64,000 nt of DNA. It comes from Felis catus. Its lineage: Eukaryota. The stretch is taken from contig NC_058369.1 of the NCBI RefSeq assembly GCF_018350175.1, positions 3,164,001-3,228,000 on the forward strand, in the 5' to 3' direction. Each line of letters begins with the position of its first letter. Position 1 is the first letter of the stretch. Of the stretch, positions 33,190 to 61,188 are shown in pieces. The notes below the pieces were generated by a model. That model was not told the origin of the DNA, did not search any database, and saw nothing but the letters and a program-made list of their open reading frames with translations. The position numbers were made by a program, and so were the translations under genes.

Positions 33190-33575
33190 TAGAGTATTAT
33201 TTGGCCGTAAGACGAGCGAGGCGCTCACACCTGCTACAACGTGGATGGGCCTTGAAAACGTGACGCAGACACAAAAAGCCACACAGTGTGTGATTCCTTG
33301 TGCGTGAAATGTCCAGGGCAGTTCACCCCCAGGAACAGAAAGTGCATTAGAGGTGCCGGGGCCGGAGAAGTGGTGAGAATAGGCAGAGGCTGCTGATGGG
33401 GATGGGGTTCCTTTTGGGGGTGATGGGAATGTTCTGGAATTCGTGCTGGCGGTTGCACGATCTTGAGAACATGCCCAAACTGAAACGCACACGCCAAGTG
33501 GGTAAACCGTAGGTATGTGAACTGTATCTCAAAAGAAAAAAAAAAAAAAAAGAACAAAAAAACAAACAAACAAAC
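33190..33575 (+). mobile_element. Ancient L1 3' end remnant with A-tail
   Basis: ctacaacgtggatgggccttgaaaac...aaaagccacacagtgtgtgattcc...ggtatgtgaactgtatctcaa followed by poly-A. Confidence 0.7.
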
Positions 33576-35479
33576 AAGGTGCCACCAACGGCGTCCCGAA
33601 AGCGCTCAACAGAGGTAAGCGGTCATTGTCCCATCTCAGAGACGGGAAAACAGTTGAGGTCAGGAGGGCTGGGATTCCAGACACTGAGCCACACCCAGGA
33701 GACGCCCCTGATACACTGCCTCGGGGACCACGGGTGCTGGGGGAAGGGAGGCACCCCCAGACCACCCCACCTGCTCCCCACTGTCCACACAGCGGGCCCC
33801 CTCCTCTCCCAGTCAAAAAGCGGAAACCCGAGAGTTTATGTGGCTCTTCAAGGGCACGCCGCAAGGTCGCCAGACCCCCAGCCTGGCTGTCGGCATCCAC
33901 CGTCTCCCGCTCCTCCCTCCTCCCAGAACCCCTTCCCCGCTCCTCTCCTTAGGACGAGGCGGGGGCCGGCCCCAGGAGCAGCCAGCTCAGAAGCGCAGGA
34001 AAGTCAAACGCCGTTTGATTCTGCCTCCGGGGCCTCTAATTGCTATTTCTGACACACGCTGTAATTAGAAGGCCCCTTTCAAATATTTATACCTCAGACG
34101 GCTCGTATTTATCCGACCGGGAGAGGGCTCGGATTTGATGAGATCTGTCAACGGCTCGTCCCCGAGCTGGGAATTGCCTCGCGGCTGACAGAAAACAGGA
34201 CAATTACCCGCCGTGCTCCCCGGCAGTCCCTGGGGGGGGGGATGCTGCCTTGTCGCTGATCGGAGAGGGCGGGGCGGGGTGGGGTGGGGGCATCCGGATG
34301 GGCTGCAGGAGGAGGACCGAGTTCAACAGGTTCATGTGGGCGACACGGCCAAAGCAGAAAAGAGGAAGGCCCATGCATGGGGGCCTCTGCTGCGCCGAGA
34401 GGCTTTGCCTCGTCGGCTCTGGACCTCAGTTTCTCGGCCTGCAGAATGGGGCTAACAGTGTGCGTGGGGGCGGGAGATGGGGAACCACTAATTCCACAAA
34501 GACACTCTGCTGGGTCTCGAGTGCCACCCCGGCCAAACCAAATCAGGCAATGAACTTGCGGGCTGGCTCTGAGCAAGTCCCCCTCTCTGTGCCTCGGTTT
34601 CCCCATGGGGGGAAAAATAACTCCTTTCCCGCAAGCCTCCTTGAGCTCCCTGGGGGGCTTCCTGTTAGAAGCCCCACTTTTCAAACCGGGAAAACAAGGC
34701 GCAGACAGCATAGACCTTGCCCGACTCACTGTCGTTCCCCAGGGGCATTTTCACTGTCAGCTCCGGACTTCTCTCTGATCCTCCCCACCCCCCTCCCAGC
34801 CACAGGCACCTGCCCGCCCTGGGGGAGGGGGGCACTGGGAGAAGGGAACCCGGAGTCCTGTTCTTCCCGATCACCCCTCCCTTCAGCATGAGCGGGAGCC
34901 GAGCAAGCCCCCTTGTGAGGAAAGAAAAGGCCTGTTTGCTCTGGAATTGGCCAGCACACCTCTCCGCTCCCCTTGTCCCAGACCTCTTAGCGTCCTCACC
35001 AACCCCCCCCCCCCCGCCCCGCATCCGCATCCCCCCTCCCGGCCCCCGACAGCGGCAGCTGCCAACAGGCGGCCAGGCCAGGCGAGACCCCTCTCGTCTG
35101 CGTCCCCCTCCCTGCCTCCACCCCCAGAAGCCACAAAGGGACAGATGCTGAGGACACGCGCCAGGCACAGATAGCATCTCCCTTCCCACGGCCAGCTGCC
35201 CCAGCCCCCTTCCCCCATGCTGCAATTGGTCCCCTGGGGTGGGGGGTGCAGAGAAGAGTCCTCTTGGGAAGGGGACGCCAGGCCCCCGTCCCTTCCCGTC
35301 GCCCCTCGCCTGCTTCCGCAGCATCAATATCAATTTTAGCCAGTGACCTCTGGAACAGTCTGCTGGGCAGTTGCGCCGCCAGAGGCTGGCTCAATTTCAA
35401 CCCTCAACAGGGGTGGCTCTCACCCCCTCTGCCGGTCAGTTTCACCCCTTCTCGCGGCCAAATCCAGACCCCCATCTCC

Positions 35480-36532
35480 CGGCCAATTTCCACCTCGCCT
35501 CCTCTCCGCGCCCCCCACCTCCCCGCCCCGTCCCCCGCCTCTGCACCTCTCGCTCTCGTGAGCAAGGTCAGTCCCGTCTGTTCCCACCTCCCGCGCTCCA
35601 CGCTCGCTCCTGCCAGCCGCGGTCCTCCGGGTCAGTGTCCAGCTGCCGCGGCCTCGGCCCCGCGACTCCCGCCCCGCACCCCCCCTCCCAGCGCGGGCAG
35701 CGGCTCCCCTCCCCTCCCAGAACAGCTGAAGGTCTCAGTCACCTCCGAGGGGGGCGCAGGGGGAGCGGAGGGGGCGGGGGAAGCCGCGGAGGGGGAGGCG
35801 GGGAAGCCTTGACGTCGCTGCCCGGGACGCGGCTGGGGGCCGGCAGGCGCTGGGGCGTCCGCCCGCGCGCCCCCTCCCCAAAGTCCCACCTCCCGGCCGC
35901 GGCGGGTAAAGTCTCTCCGAAAGCGTGAAGGGGGATTGGAGGCGGTTTTATTTCCCTTTGTGCCGGCGGCTGGGGTGGGATCGAGGCGGCCGGGCCGGGG
36001 GCCGCGGGACCCGGGCTCCCCCCGGAGCGGAGACGAGCGCAACAAAGGATGCGCCGCGCGGAGGTCACCGTCCCCGTGGCCCAACTTTGCGCGCGGCGCC
36101 CGCGCCCCGGGGGAGCCCGCCCGCTGCGCTGAGCACCCAGGCGTCCGGGCTGAGCCGGGGCTGGGGGCGCCCGCGGGCGGCGCTTGCCCCGACCCCAGAC
36201 CCCAGAAGGGAATCCCGGAGCTTCCCGGAGGCGGCGGGCGGCCGAGCGGCGCACGGGAACCGCGCTTCCCGCGGAAACTCCGCGCGCTTCCGCGGACGCC
36301 CCTCGCCCTGGCCCGGCCACCCGGCGCTCGGCGTTCAGGGCCCTGCGGGGCGCCCCCTTTCCGCGCCGTCCTTGCGGAGCCGGGCTAAGGTGGACTTTTG
36401 CTCTCCCTCCTCCTCTTCCTCCTCCTCCCCCCCACCCGTCTCCTCCCCCATCCTCCCCGGGAACTCTTCGGAGAAAGGGGGCATGTGGGTCCCCCTCTGA
36501 CGGTGGCCAGGTTTGGCGTGACACACGCACAA
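35480..36532 (+). promoter_or_regulatory. CpG island / promoter and 5' region of SHD
   Basis: Very high GC and CpG density, GC boxes, directly upstream of the SHD ATG. Confidence 0.7.
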
Positions 36533-41353
<4,821 letters not shown>

Positions 41354-41532
41354 GCCCGGGAGCTTCAGCCCCTGCCCTGCACCGCGAGGGCCCAGAGTCG
41401 CTGCTGGAGGGAAGCCGGAGGGAGACGCTCGCTGCCCCTCCAAGCCCTGGGCCTTCATCGGGGCTGCTTCTTGGCCCTCTCCCGGGTTCTAGGGTACAGA
41501 ACTGCGTCTCCCAGCCCTCCTCTGGCCCGGAA

Positions 41533-41538
41533 AATAAA
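41533..41538 (+). terminator. SHD polyadenylation signal
   Basis: AATAAA 180 nt after the stop codon, followed by GT-rich sequence. Confidence 0.75.
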
Positions 41539-44500
41539 TAAGTTATTGTGCGTTTCAAGTGGCCTTTCTGGGAGGCGGGGATCCCGGCCCCAGGGAAAGA
41601 AGGGAGACGGGTGTCCCCCACCCCGGCTGGGGGTGAAGCCTGCATTGCTCACAAGGATGAACCACAACTAAGAGGGCTTGAGGGAAACAGGGAGAGTGAG
41701 TATGAAGTCAGATGAAAACCCGGAGAGAGCCGATCCCGCGCAGATACAAAGATGGAGAAACCGAGGGAGGGGGGGAGGCTCTCAGGCCAGCCCTGCCCCC
41801 ACCCGGCCCCTCCTTTCCGCCGGGGCGGGCAGCCGTGGCCCGGATGCTGCTGCCAATGGACATCTGTCCCCATGGAAACAGCAGAAATGGGGGAGGGGAG
41901 CCGGTCCCAGCTGGTGTCACTTCAAGGTGACGGTGGAGCCAGAGCCCCCAGGGGCTGATAAATTCCAGGGACCCCCATGTCCCGCCTCGCCATCCATCTC
42001 CAAGCCTACCCAGGGAGGGCGGTGCCTCCAGCTCAAGGCGCCCGGTAGAGGTTGGGGGCATCACTTCTCTGCTAATTGGACGTGACCCTCCAAGGATAAG
42101 AGGAGGGAGCTGGCCTGTCATCACAGAGCCCCCTCACCACAGCGGGCCCCTCCAGGCGTCCTGGGGCTCAGGGGCCCCCAGATGACCCCTCCGATATCTT
42201 TAACGCTCCCCAAGTCACCACAAAATCTGCCTTTCCTTTCTTTATGAGCCTTTGAGTGCCCAGAGGGCGAGGGAGGAATCCAGCCTCATGGTGAGGACAC
42301 GGGTCTTGGGCTGGGCGGCTGGGCTCCCCGACCCCTTCTGGAAATCAGTCACATTTTCACGTGGCCACTGGCGGGGGGGGGGGGGGTGGCGTCTTTTCTG
42401 GGTTCCGATCCCTCTTCCCGCTTCAAGGAGCCCTCTTGGCTTCTGCTGCCCAGAGGGGCGTGGGTCAGGGGAGACACCGACTGTAGAGATGGGGGGACCC
42501 GGGCTGGGGCTGGGGCAAGGCTTCTGGGCCAAACGTGGCTGGGGGTCTGGGGGTCTGCGGGAAAGAGATCGAATAGACCCGTCTGGACCTCCGTGGGGAT
42601 GTCCAGCACCTTCCCCTCCACTGGCCACGCCTCAGTCTTCTCTGGGCGCCCCCGAGGCTGGTAGAGGACGTTACCCTAGAGAGGATCCCCTTCCCCGGGG
42701 GGGGGGGGGGGGGGAGGGGGATGCCACAGACTAAGAGGGGAAAATCACAGGCCTGGCTTTCTCCAGCCTTCCTCCGCTTCTGCAGGACACGAGTGTTGGG
42801 GCCAGACTTCTCCCTTTATTCTCCTTCTCTCCCCCCAACCCCGCAGCCCCACCCGCGCTCCTTCCAGAAGGGGCAGGTGGGGCGCCCGCCGCGGCCTCGC
42901 CAAGTAGCTGCAGTTCCCGCCTCCGCCACGCGGGGGCAGCGTCGCCGGCGGAAACCGCCCGCCGTCCTCCCGGCTACCTGCGCGGTTACCTGAGTCCCCG
43001 CGCCCGCGGCCACGGCCGCTCCAGACACGGGCCCTCGGCGCGACGGCGGCCACGGCCACGGCCCCTGCCACCGGCGGCGCGACCAGGAGTCCCGAAGGAG
43101 GGGAGGGCGGGGCGGGGCGCAGGGGGCGGGGCTGGAGGCGGGACTCGCGGCGGGGGCTCACCTGGGTGGCTGGAGGTGTGGTTCGCGTTGGGCAGCAGGC
43201 GGTCTGCAGAGGAGGAACCTGTGTGTCGCGGGGGTGGGGGTGGGGGTGCTCACCTTCGGGTCCAGCCTCCACCCTTCAGGGTCACAGCCTCCCTACCCCA
43301 CGTGGGACCTCACGATTCCTCCCCTGCCGCGCTGCGGGAGTCGGGGCAGGTGCTCGCTCAGAACCGGCTTCCTCTTCTGAAAAACGGGGCTACCCACCTC
43401 CGTCTTGCTCGGTTATTGCAAAACAGTCGCCAAATGGATTTTTTTTTTCTCGCCATGAGCCCCATCCCCCTGGTCGTGAGCTCCACCGTCCCCACCGTGA
43501 GTTCCACAGTGCCAGCGATGGGATCCGACACCCTCACGACTCCTGGGTTTTGAGCTCAATCCTGGTGTCTAGCCTATTTTACATACAAGGGAACTGGGTC
43601 TCAGCCCCGCTTTGAGCAAAAGCGTTGCTCACCTCAGCTCCCCTTTCTCTCTCTGTTTCGGGGGGGGGGGGGGGGGGGGAGAAAGGAAAGAAACGAAAGA
43701 AAAAGCTTACACTGGCCTGAACTTGTGAGTCTGGCCGAACATAATCAACATAACAGATCGAAATAATCGCTGACGTTTCCTGAGGACTTATCATGTTCCA
43801 GACCCGGTAATAAACTCTGTAGATATGATTACTTCAAACTCACCTAACCCATCGCTGAGGAATCAGGCACAGAGGGGTCAAGTTCCCTGCCCAAGGTCAC
43901 ACAGCAAGTGACCGGCCCAGTGGGGCCATGTTTCCAGGGCTGTGTAATTGATATGAACTCCAGCCAAAGTTGCTGCGACGAACGTGAGGCCCAGTGCCCC
44001 TGACCTCTTCATCTTGCATGTTCTCACACTGGAGGTGGTCCCTCCGGGCGGCCGAGAAGCTGTTCCGGGGTGGGGAAGCCGGCTGTAGGGAGCTGGACGC
44101 AGGCGTCACGTTACTAGAAGGTGGGGACAGGCAGGACAGCCTTAACGTATCGCCCTCCTGCCAACGGGAGCGGAATGGGCATTGGGCCAGGAACTGAGCA
44201 GGCTGGGAGAGCAGGAGCCCTGGGTCAGCTTGAGTGTCCCGGCCCCGTGCAGGGCTTGGCCCAGAGCGAGGATACCTGCAGAGTGGGGAGAGGCTATGCG
44301 CTGGGCTCTCCAGAAAGCTGGCTGCACGTGCCTGGACACGTGTCAGCCTTCTCTGGGCCTCAGTTTTCTCATCTGTGACCGGAGGCAGCTGGCTTGACTG
44401 ATCTGCGAGGTCCCTTCCAGCCTTGAGAGCCCATGGTTGTCCACCTGGATTCTAGAATTCCCTGCTCTTACACACCCTGAGACTGGAAAATCCTAAACGC

Positions 44501-44639
44501 CTATGCAAAGTATCTAAGCTACTGCCGTGCTAAGATTCCAGAATCGTCTATTCCTTTATGTCAGTGTTTCGCAACCCGTTTTCATTATCAGCTTCCTGAA
44601 GAGCTTTTATTTTTGATTTTTAAGGTTTATTTATTTGTC

Positions 44640-45057
44640 TTGATAAATTTTTTTAACATTTATTTATTTTTGAGAGACAGAGCGTGAGCAGGGGAGGGGC
44701 AGAGAGCGAGAAGGAGACACAGAATCCGAAGCAGGCTCCAGGCTCTGGACTGTCAGCACAGAGCCCCATGTGGGGCTCGAACCCACGAACTGTGAGATCA
44801 TGACCTGAGCCGCAGTCGGATGCTCAACCGACTGAGCCACCCAGGCGCCCCTCTTGTATTTTTATTCATTTTTTAATTAAGTAATCTCTATGCCCAGTGT
44901 GGGGCTTGAACTCACAACTCCAGGATCAAGAGTTGCATGCTCCGTGGGGCGCTCGTGCTGTCTCTCTCTCTCTCAAAAATAAATAAATACACTTTAAAAA
45001 TTAAAAAAAAAAAAAAAGAGTCACATGCACCACAGACTGAGCCGGCCAGGCGCCCCA
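44640..45057 (-). mobile_element. Cluster of Can-SINEs in TMIGD2 intron 2
   Basis: Full reverse SINE at about 44645-44850, then a second reverse SINE interrupted by a short forward SINE fragment with A-tail (about 44945-45017). Confidence 0.8.
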
Positions 45058-45172
45058 TCTGTACGTTGGATATACTTTAATAACACATTTGTAGAAAGAT
45101 TCTGGGATTGTTTTTAATCTGAATTCCAGAACTATAAATATTTAAGAGTCTTTATGATTGTGATATTCTGGA

Positions 45173-45405
45173 AGAGGGCTCAGCAAACTGCAGACTGTGG
45201 ACCAAATTAGGCCCCCTGCCTGTTTTTGTTTTTGTTTTTAAATAAAGTTTTATTGGAACCTAGGCCCGCACATTCACGCATGTCCAGTCTAAGGCTGTTT
45301 TCCAGCTACCACAGCAGCCGGGAGTGGTGGCAACAGAGAACGCCACAAGGCAGAAAACAATTACTCCGTGGCCCTTGAGAGAAAGTGTCCTGAGTCCTGG
45401 TCTAG
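45173..45405 (+). mobile_element. MER58A-like hAT transposon
   Basis: cagcaaactg...ctgcctgtttttgt...aataaagttttattggaac...tggcccttgagagaaagt pattern. Confidence 0.7.
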
Positions 45406-45980
45406 AATGATCCATTCCGGCATATCTTTGGTTCTGTGATTCTAGAATTTGATGTTCTTGAGTTTGCAAGATCTCTGTAAGAATCCGATCTGAAGGATTT
45501 CGAATTTAGATTTCTAGGAGTTTGAGATTCTAGGGCCTTAAGATTCTGTAAGTCCCAAGGGCCCACGTCTTCCCTTCACTTGGCCTCCTACCTTTGTCGG
45601 CCACACGCTTCATGCCATTGCCCTGAGCCACCTCCAACTCAGGAATCTCCACGGTCACCCAGCCCGTGTGGTCCCTGCTGTTGTTGAGGGTCCCAAGGTC
45701 CCCGCAGGTTGAGGTTGCCATGCGACTCCCAGGAAATCTGCCACCGGGGCCCGCAGACCCCCCAGGCTGAACCTGCCTTTGGTGACATGTGAGTCACACG
45801 AGAAGACACCGTCCTTCTCCCACCCGACACGGAGCTGCTGCCCCCAGGCTTGGGACTGCACCACCTGGCGGGCCAAGGTCACCTGGCTGTCCTCCCTCAC
45901 CTGCGGCAGTTTGGGACCCTGCTGCACACTGAGGCCTGCAGTTCCTTGCAGGACTAGGGGACACAAGACGTGAGTAAGGC

Positions 45981-45985
<5 letters not shown>

Positions 45986-46018
<33 letters not shown>
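45986..46018 (+). repeat. (TG)n microsatellite
   Basis: About 16 TG units beside the TMIGD2 exon-2 acceptor. Confidence 0.95.
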
Positions 46019-46021
<3 letters not shown>

Positions 46022-46588
46022 GGACTTACTCTCTCAGCCCACACAGGTGACACTACGTGATCTTTGCGAGGTCACTTCTCACTGAGGCACACCAATCCAG
46101 CCCCGTGTGTGCCGGGTCCTGTTCTGGAGACCACAGACACAGGCACAGAGGTGACGGAGACAGACAACCATTCCTGCCATGGTGGAGCTGACGGTCTCGG
46201 GGGCGCAGAGAGAGAGACCCAGGAAGTTGCGCAGTGAGAATCACAATGGAGGATAAGGATGAGGTGAGGGAGAATCTGGTTGTGGAGGGTGGTCTCGGAA
46301 GAGGTGATGTTTGGAATGGTAAGAAGTAGCCAGTCGTGTGGGAAGAAAGGAAAATAGGGAGGAAGAGCGCTCCAGGCAGAGGGCGCAGTCCATGCAAAGG
46401 TCCTGGGGCACGATCCCTCCTGGGAGGTTAAAGGAAGAGCGAAGAGGCCCTTGTGGCCGGAACAGAGTGAGTGCGGAGGAGACAGGGCGGAAGTGGAATC
46501 AGAGAGGGGATGGCCTATACAAGGCTTTGGAGGCCGCAAGGTGGGGTTTGGCTGAGGTGGGCAGGTGGGCATGCGGAAATCAGAGAAA

Positions 46589-46627
46589 TTTGCTTTTTAA
46601 TCTTTTTTTTTTTTTACAGTTTATTTT

Positions 46628-46659
<32 letters not shown>

Positions 46660-46834
46660 ACAAGTAGGGGAGGAGCAGAGAGAAGGAGAGACAGAATCCC
46701 CAGCAGATCTGCGCCATCAGGACGGAGCCCAATGCGGGACTTGAACCCGCATGAGATCATGACCTGAGCCAAGATCAAAGGTCGGACACTTAACAGACTG
46801 TGCCACCCGGGCGCCCCAGTTTGCTTTTTAATCT
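46589..46834 (-). mobile_element. Can-SINE with 15-bp TSD
   Basis: TSD tttgctttttaatct at 46589-46603 and 46820-46834. Confidence 0.9.
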
Positions 46835-47360
46835 GAGTGTGATGGGAAAGCAGGGGAGCGGGGAGGAAACGGGGTTCAATTTAAGTGTTAAAAAGGTGGC
46901 CCTGACTGCCCTGGTTAAGGACAGAGTGTGGGCTGGCTGCGGACGAGGGCCCAGGAGAGTGGCATCAGGATCTGGACCCTGGGGACAAGCAGACAGAATC
47001 TGAATAGATTTTGAAGGTTGCCCCCGGAAGGGTCGAAGAAGGACTGAATCAAGAGAGGGCGAGGTGGCCGATGGCCAAGGCTTTAGCCTCAGGGACCGTG
47101 TGAATCAGGTGGCTTTCGGCCAATATGGAGGACACTGGCGGAGAAGCAGGGCTGGAGGAGAAGAGAAGAGTTTGCTTGGGGCCAGGAGAAGTCTGAGGTG
47201 CCCGCCAGACCCCCCCGGAATGTGTGCGTTTGCATCAAGTGCCTGGCCTTTGAGATGCCATGACAGCTGACGCCAGAGAGATGAAATCCGGGGAAAGGTG
47301 TTTCGGGTGGAAGGAACAGAAGGTGCAAAGGCCCAGAGGTGGGATCAACCTGGGCATGTT

Positions 47361-47445
47361 GGGAAGGGGAAGAAAGGAAGAAAGGAAAAAAGGAAGAAAG
47401 AAGGAAAGGAAGGAGAAGGAAGGAAGGAAGGAAGGAAGGAAGGAA

Positions 47446-47511
<66 letters not shown>

Positions 47512-47545
47512 GAGAAAGAGAGAAAGAGAAAGAAAGAAAGAAAAG
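47361..47545 (+). repeat. Compound (GGAA)n(GAAA)n polypurine microsatellite
   Basis: About 185 nt containing only G and A. Confidence 0.95.
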
Positions 47546-49379
47546 CCGGCAGGCCAGCCAAGGGCAAGAAAGAGAATGCGCAGGAGCGTGTTGCTGAGAG
47601 ACTGGTGTGCAGGGCGTGGTGTGAATGTTCTCCTAGGGCCCCACTCTGAGGATCCCTGCTAGAACCTTCAACCCTTGTTTTGTGATGTTTTTTTGTTCGT
47701 TTTTTTTGTTAAAATTTATACATGTATTTTGAGAGGGGGGCGGAGGGGCAGAGAGAGACAATCCCAGGCAGGCTCCGCATTGTCAGCGCATGAGTGGGGC
47801 TTGATCCCACGAACTGTGAGATCATGATCTGAGCCTGAATCGAGAGCCGGGTGCTTAATCAACAGCCCCCAGTCGCCCCGAACCTGCAACCCTTGGAAGG
47901 TTCTGCGTATCAGAGAGAAACAGGCCGTGTCTAGCAGAGCAGAGGGGGAGGTTTCCAGGGGTTCTGGGCTAGAGGGCAGGCCGCGGGGGTGATGGACAAC
48001 AGGAAGGGGGGGGGGAGACCCCCGTCCTCACCCCAGAACTGCACCAGGAAGACCAGCGCTGTGCCCAGGGGCTCCATTCCTGGCCCATCAGGGCCCCCCC
48101 CTTCTCCTCGCTGGTGCGCACCCCCCCCCCCATTCAATTCGACAGACCTCTGGCCACAATCTCCGCCCCTGCCACAGGGGCAGATGTGACGCCCAGGCCA
48201 GACGGTAGATGTCAGTCAGGTGACCAATGCTTCTTAGGGCTCCACTTCCTCCCGTCTGTTGCCTCAGTTTCCCCAAAGATTCGTTTGGTTATTTATTTAT
48301 TTATCATCTGAAAGGCAGCACGTGTACGTGAATGGGATAATGCGTCCCAGTGAATGGAAATCTTTCTGGGAGATTCTATATAAGCACACCTGAGCCGGGG
48401 GAGGGGACACGTTGGAAGGTTAGGTGAGGCAGGTGGGGGGGGGGGGAGGGCAGGGAGCAGGCAGGAGAGGCCTGAGCCTGGATTGAAGATCAGAATCCCA
48501 GCTTCAATTATTTTGCCCCCAAAATGTCGTCCTTTGAGGTTCAGAGGAATGGCTTTGTGCTGAGGGTACCAGGTCCCCCAACAGGTACAGGGCGGGGGTG
48601 TGTGGGGGGGTTCCCCTGTCCCCATAGCTTGCGGAGAAGTTTGGGGGCCCAATTGAGGGGGTTCATAAGCCCTGAAATTTCTCCCAGCCCTACATCTGTC
48701 ACTCGCCAGGGTGGGAGGAGGGGACAGGCCCTAGGCCTCAGTGTCTGGCTCCCGACCACAGTGTGACCTCTTTTTAAACCCGGAAAGAAGAGGGCCTGCG
48801 TGCGCCCCAGAATCGTTCCTGTCAACCACAGGACGGCCCCCGGCGGCAGCGGCACTCTGACCACACTGTCGTAGCAGATACACCCAGTGTCCCAGCCTCC
48901 CTTGGACTTTCTCAAGCTCTACCCTTCCCCCCACCCTCTGCTGAGAGGCAATGCTGGAGATCCTGGGGAGATCTGGCCCCGGGCTGGCCGGGAAGACCAA
49001 GGTGGACACAGACATTCTTGGCCTTGTGGATTCCGGTCAGGCAGAGAGGCTGCTGGAGGCGGAGATGTGCGACGCCGGGGCTTTGCGGGATGTATAGGAG
49101 TTCGGCTATTTTTCTCGGAGAGAGAAAGAAGGCATTGGAAGGAGACCATCCTCTTGGACCTTGGCTTTCCAGCGGGCGCGAGGAGCGTGAGCAGTGAGGG
49201 GCCAGATCTCGCGGGAGGGGTGGGTGTGGCCTTCCAGTTTGAGGAGCAGCCACGAAATCGCGTGGGTGCCCGAGTGCGGAGACTGAGGCACTACAGGGAC
49301 GCAGGATGGGCTCGAGGTCACCACCCGGGTGGTCGAACCCAGGCAACCTCCTTCCCAGTCCCGCGCTCTCGCCAGCTCC

Positions 49380-49520
49380 GTCATCGCGACCGGCGTCGGC
49401 CCCAGGCTCTGGGGGGGTCCCGGCTCTCAGCGACCCCAGCGCAGGAGGACTACGTTTCCCAGGCTGCCGCGGGGGGCGCGCCTGCGCGCTGCGGCCAGTG
49501 ATGGAGCGCTGACGGGGGGC

Positions 49521-49551
<31 letters not shown>

Positions 49552-49658
49552 GGAGGGCTCGGCGGGCCATTGGCTCGTGGTCGCGGCAAAGGCGGCTTGA
49601 GGACCAGAACAGCGAGCGGGGCCCGCGGGCCGGGCCGGGGACGACCTGGGCCGCGGCC
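49380..49658 (+). promoter_or_regulatory. FSD1 CpG-island promoter with (GCG)10 repeat and inverted CCAAT box
   Basis: (GCG)10 at 49521-49550, ATTGG near 49569, dense CpG, upstream of the ATG at 49659. Confidence 0.7.

Positions 49659-61188
<11,530 letters not shown>

Larger units (their letters stand above)
42242..48077 (-). pseudogene. TMIGD2: TMIGD2 (CD28H/IGPR-1) unitary pseudogene
   Basis: Five exons in the syntenic position: 48077-48032 (MEPLGTALVFLVQFW), 45953-45592 (IgV-like: LSVQQGP...VEIPELE), 43203-43162 (stalk), 43091-42990/42978 (TM-like), 42689-about 42242 (NVLYQPRG...KPCPSPSP). Multiple frameshifts, an in-frame TAG, a lost acceptor and lost cysteines. The 3' end is approximate. 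Confidence 0.9.

Noticed and set aside
47235..47662. Lys/Glu/Arg-rich and Phe/Leu/Ser-rich ORFs
   Set aside because: Translations of the GGAA/GAAA microsatellite.
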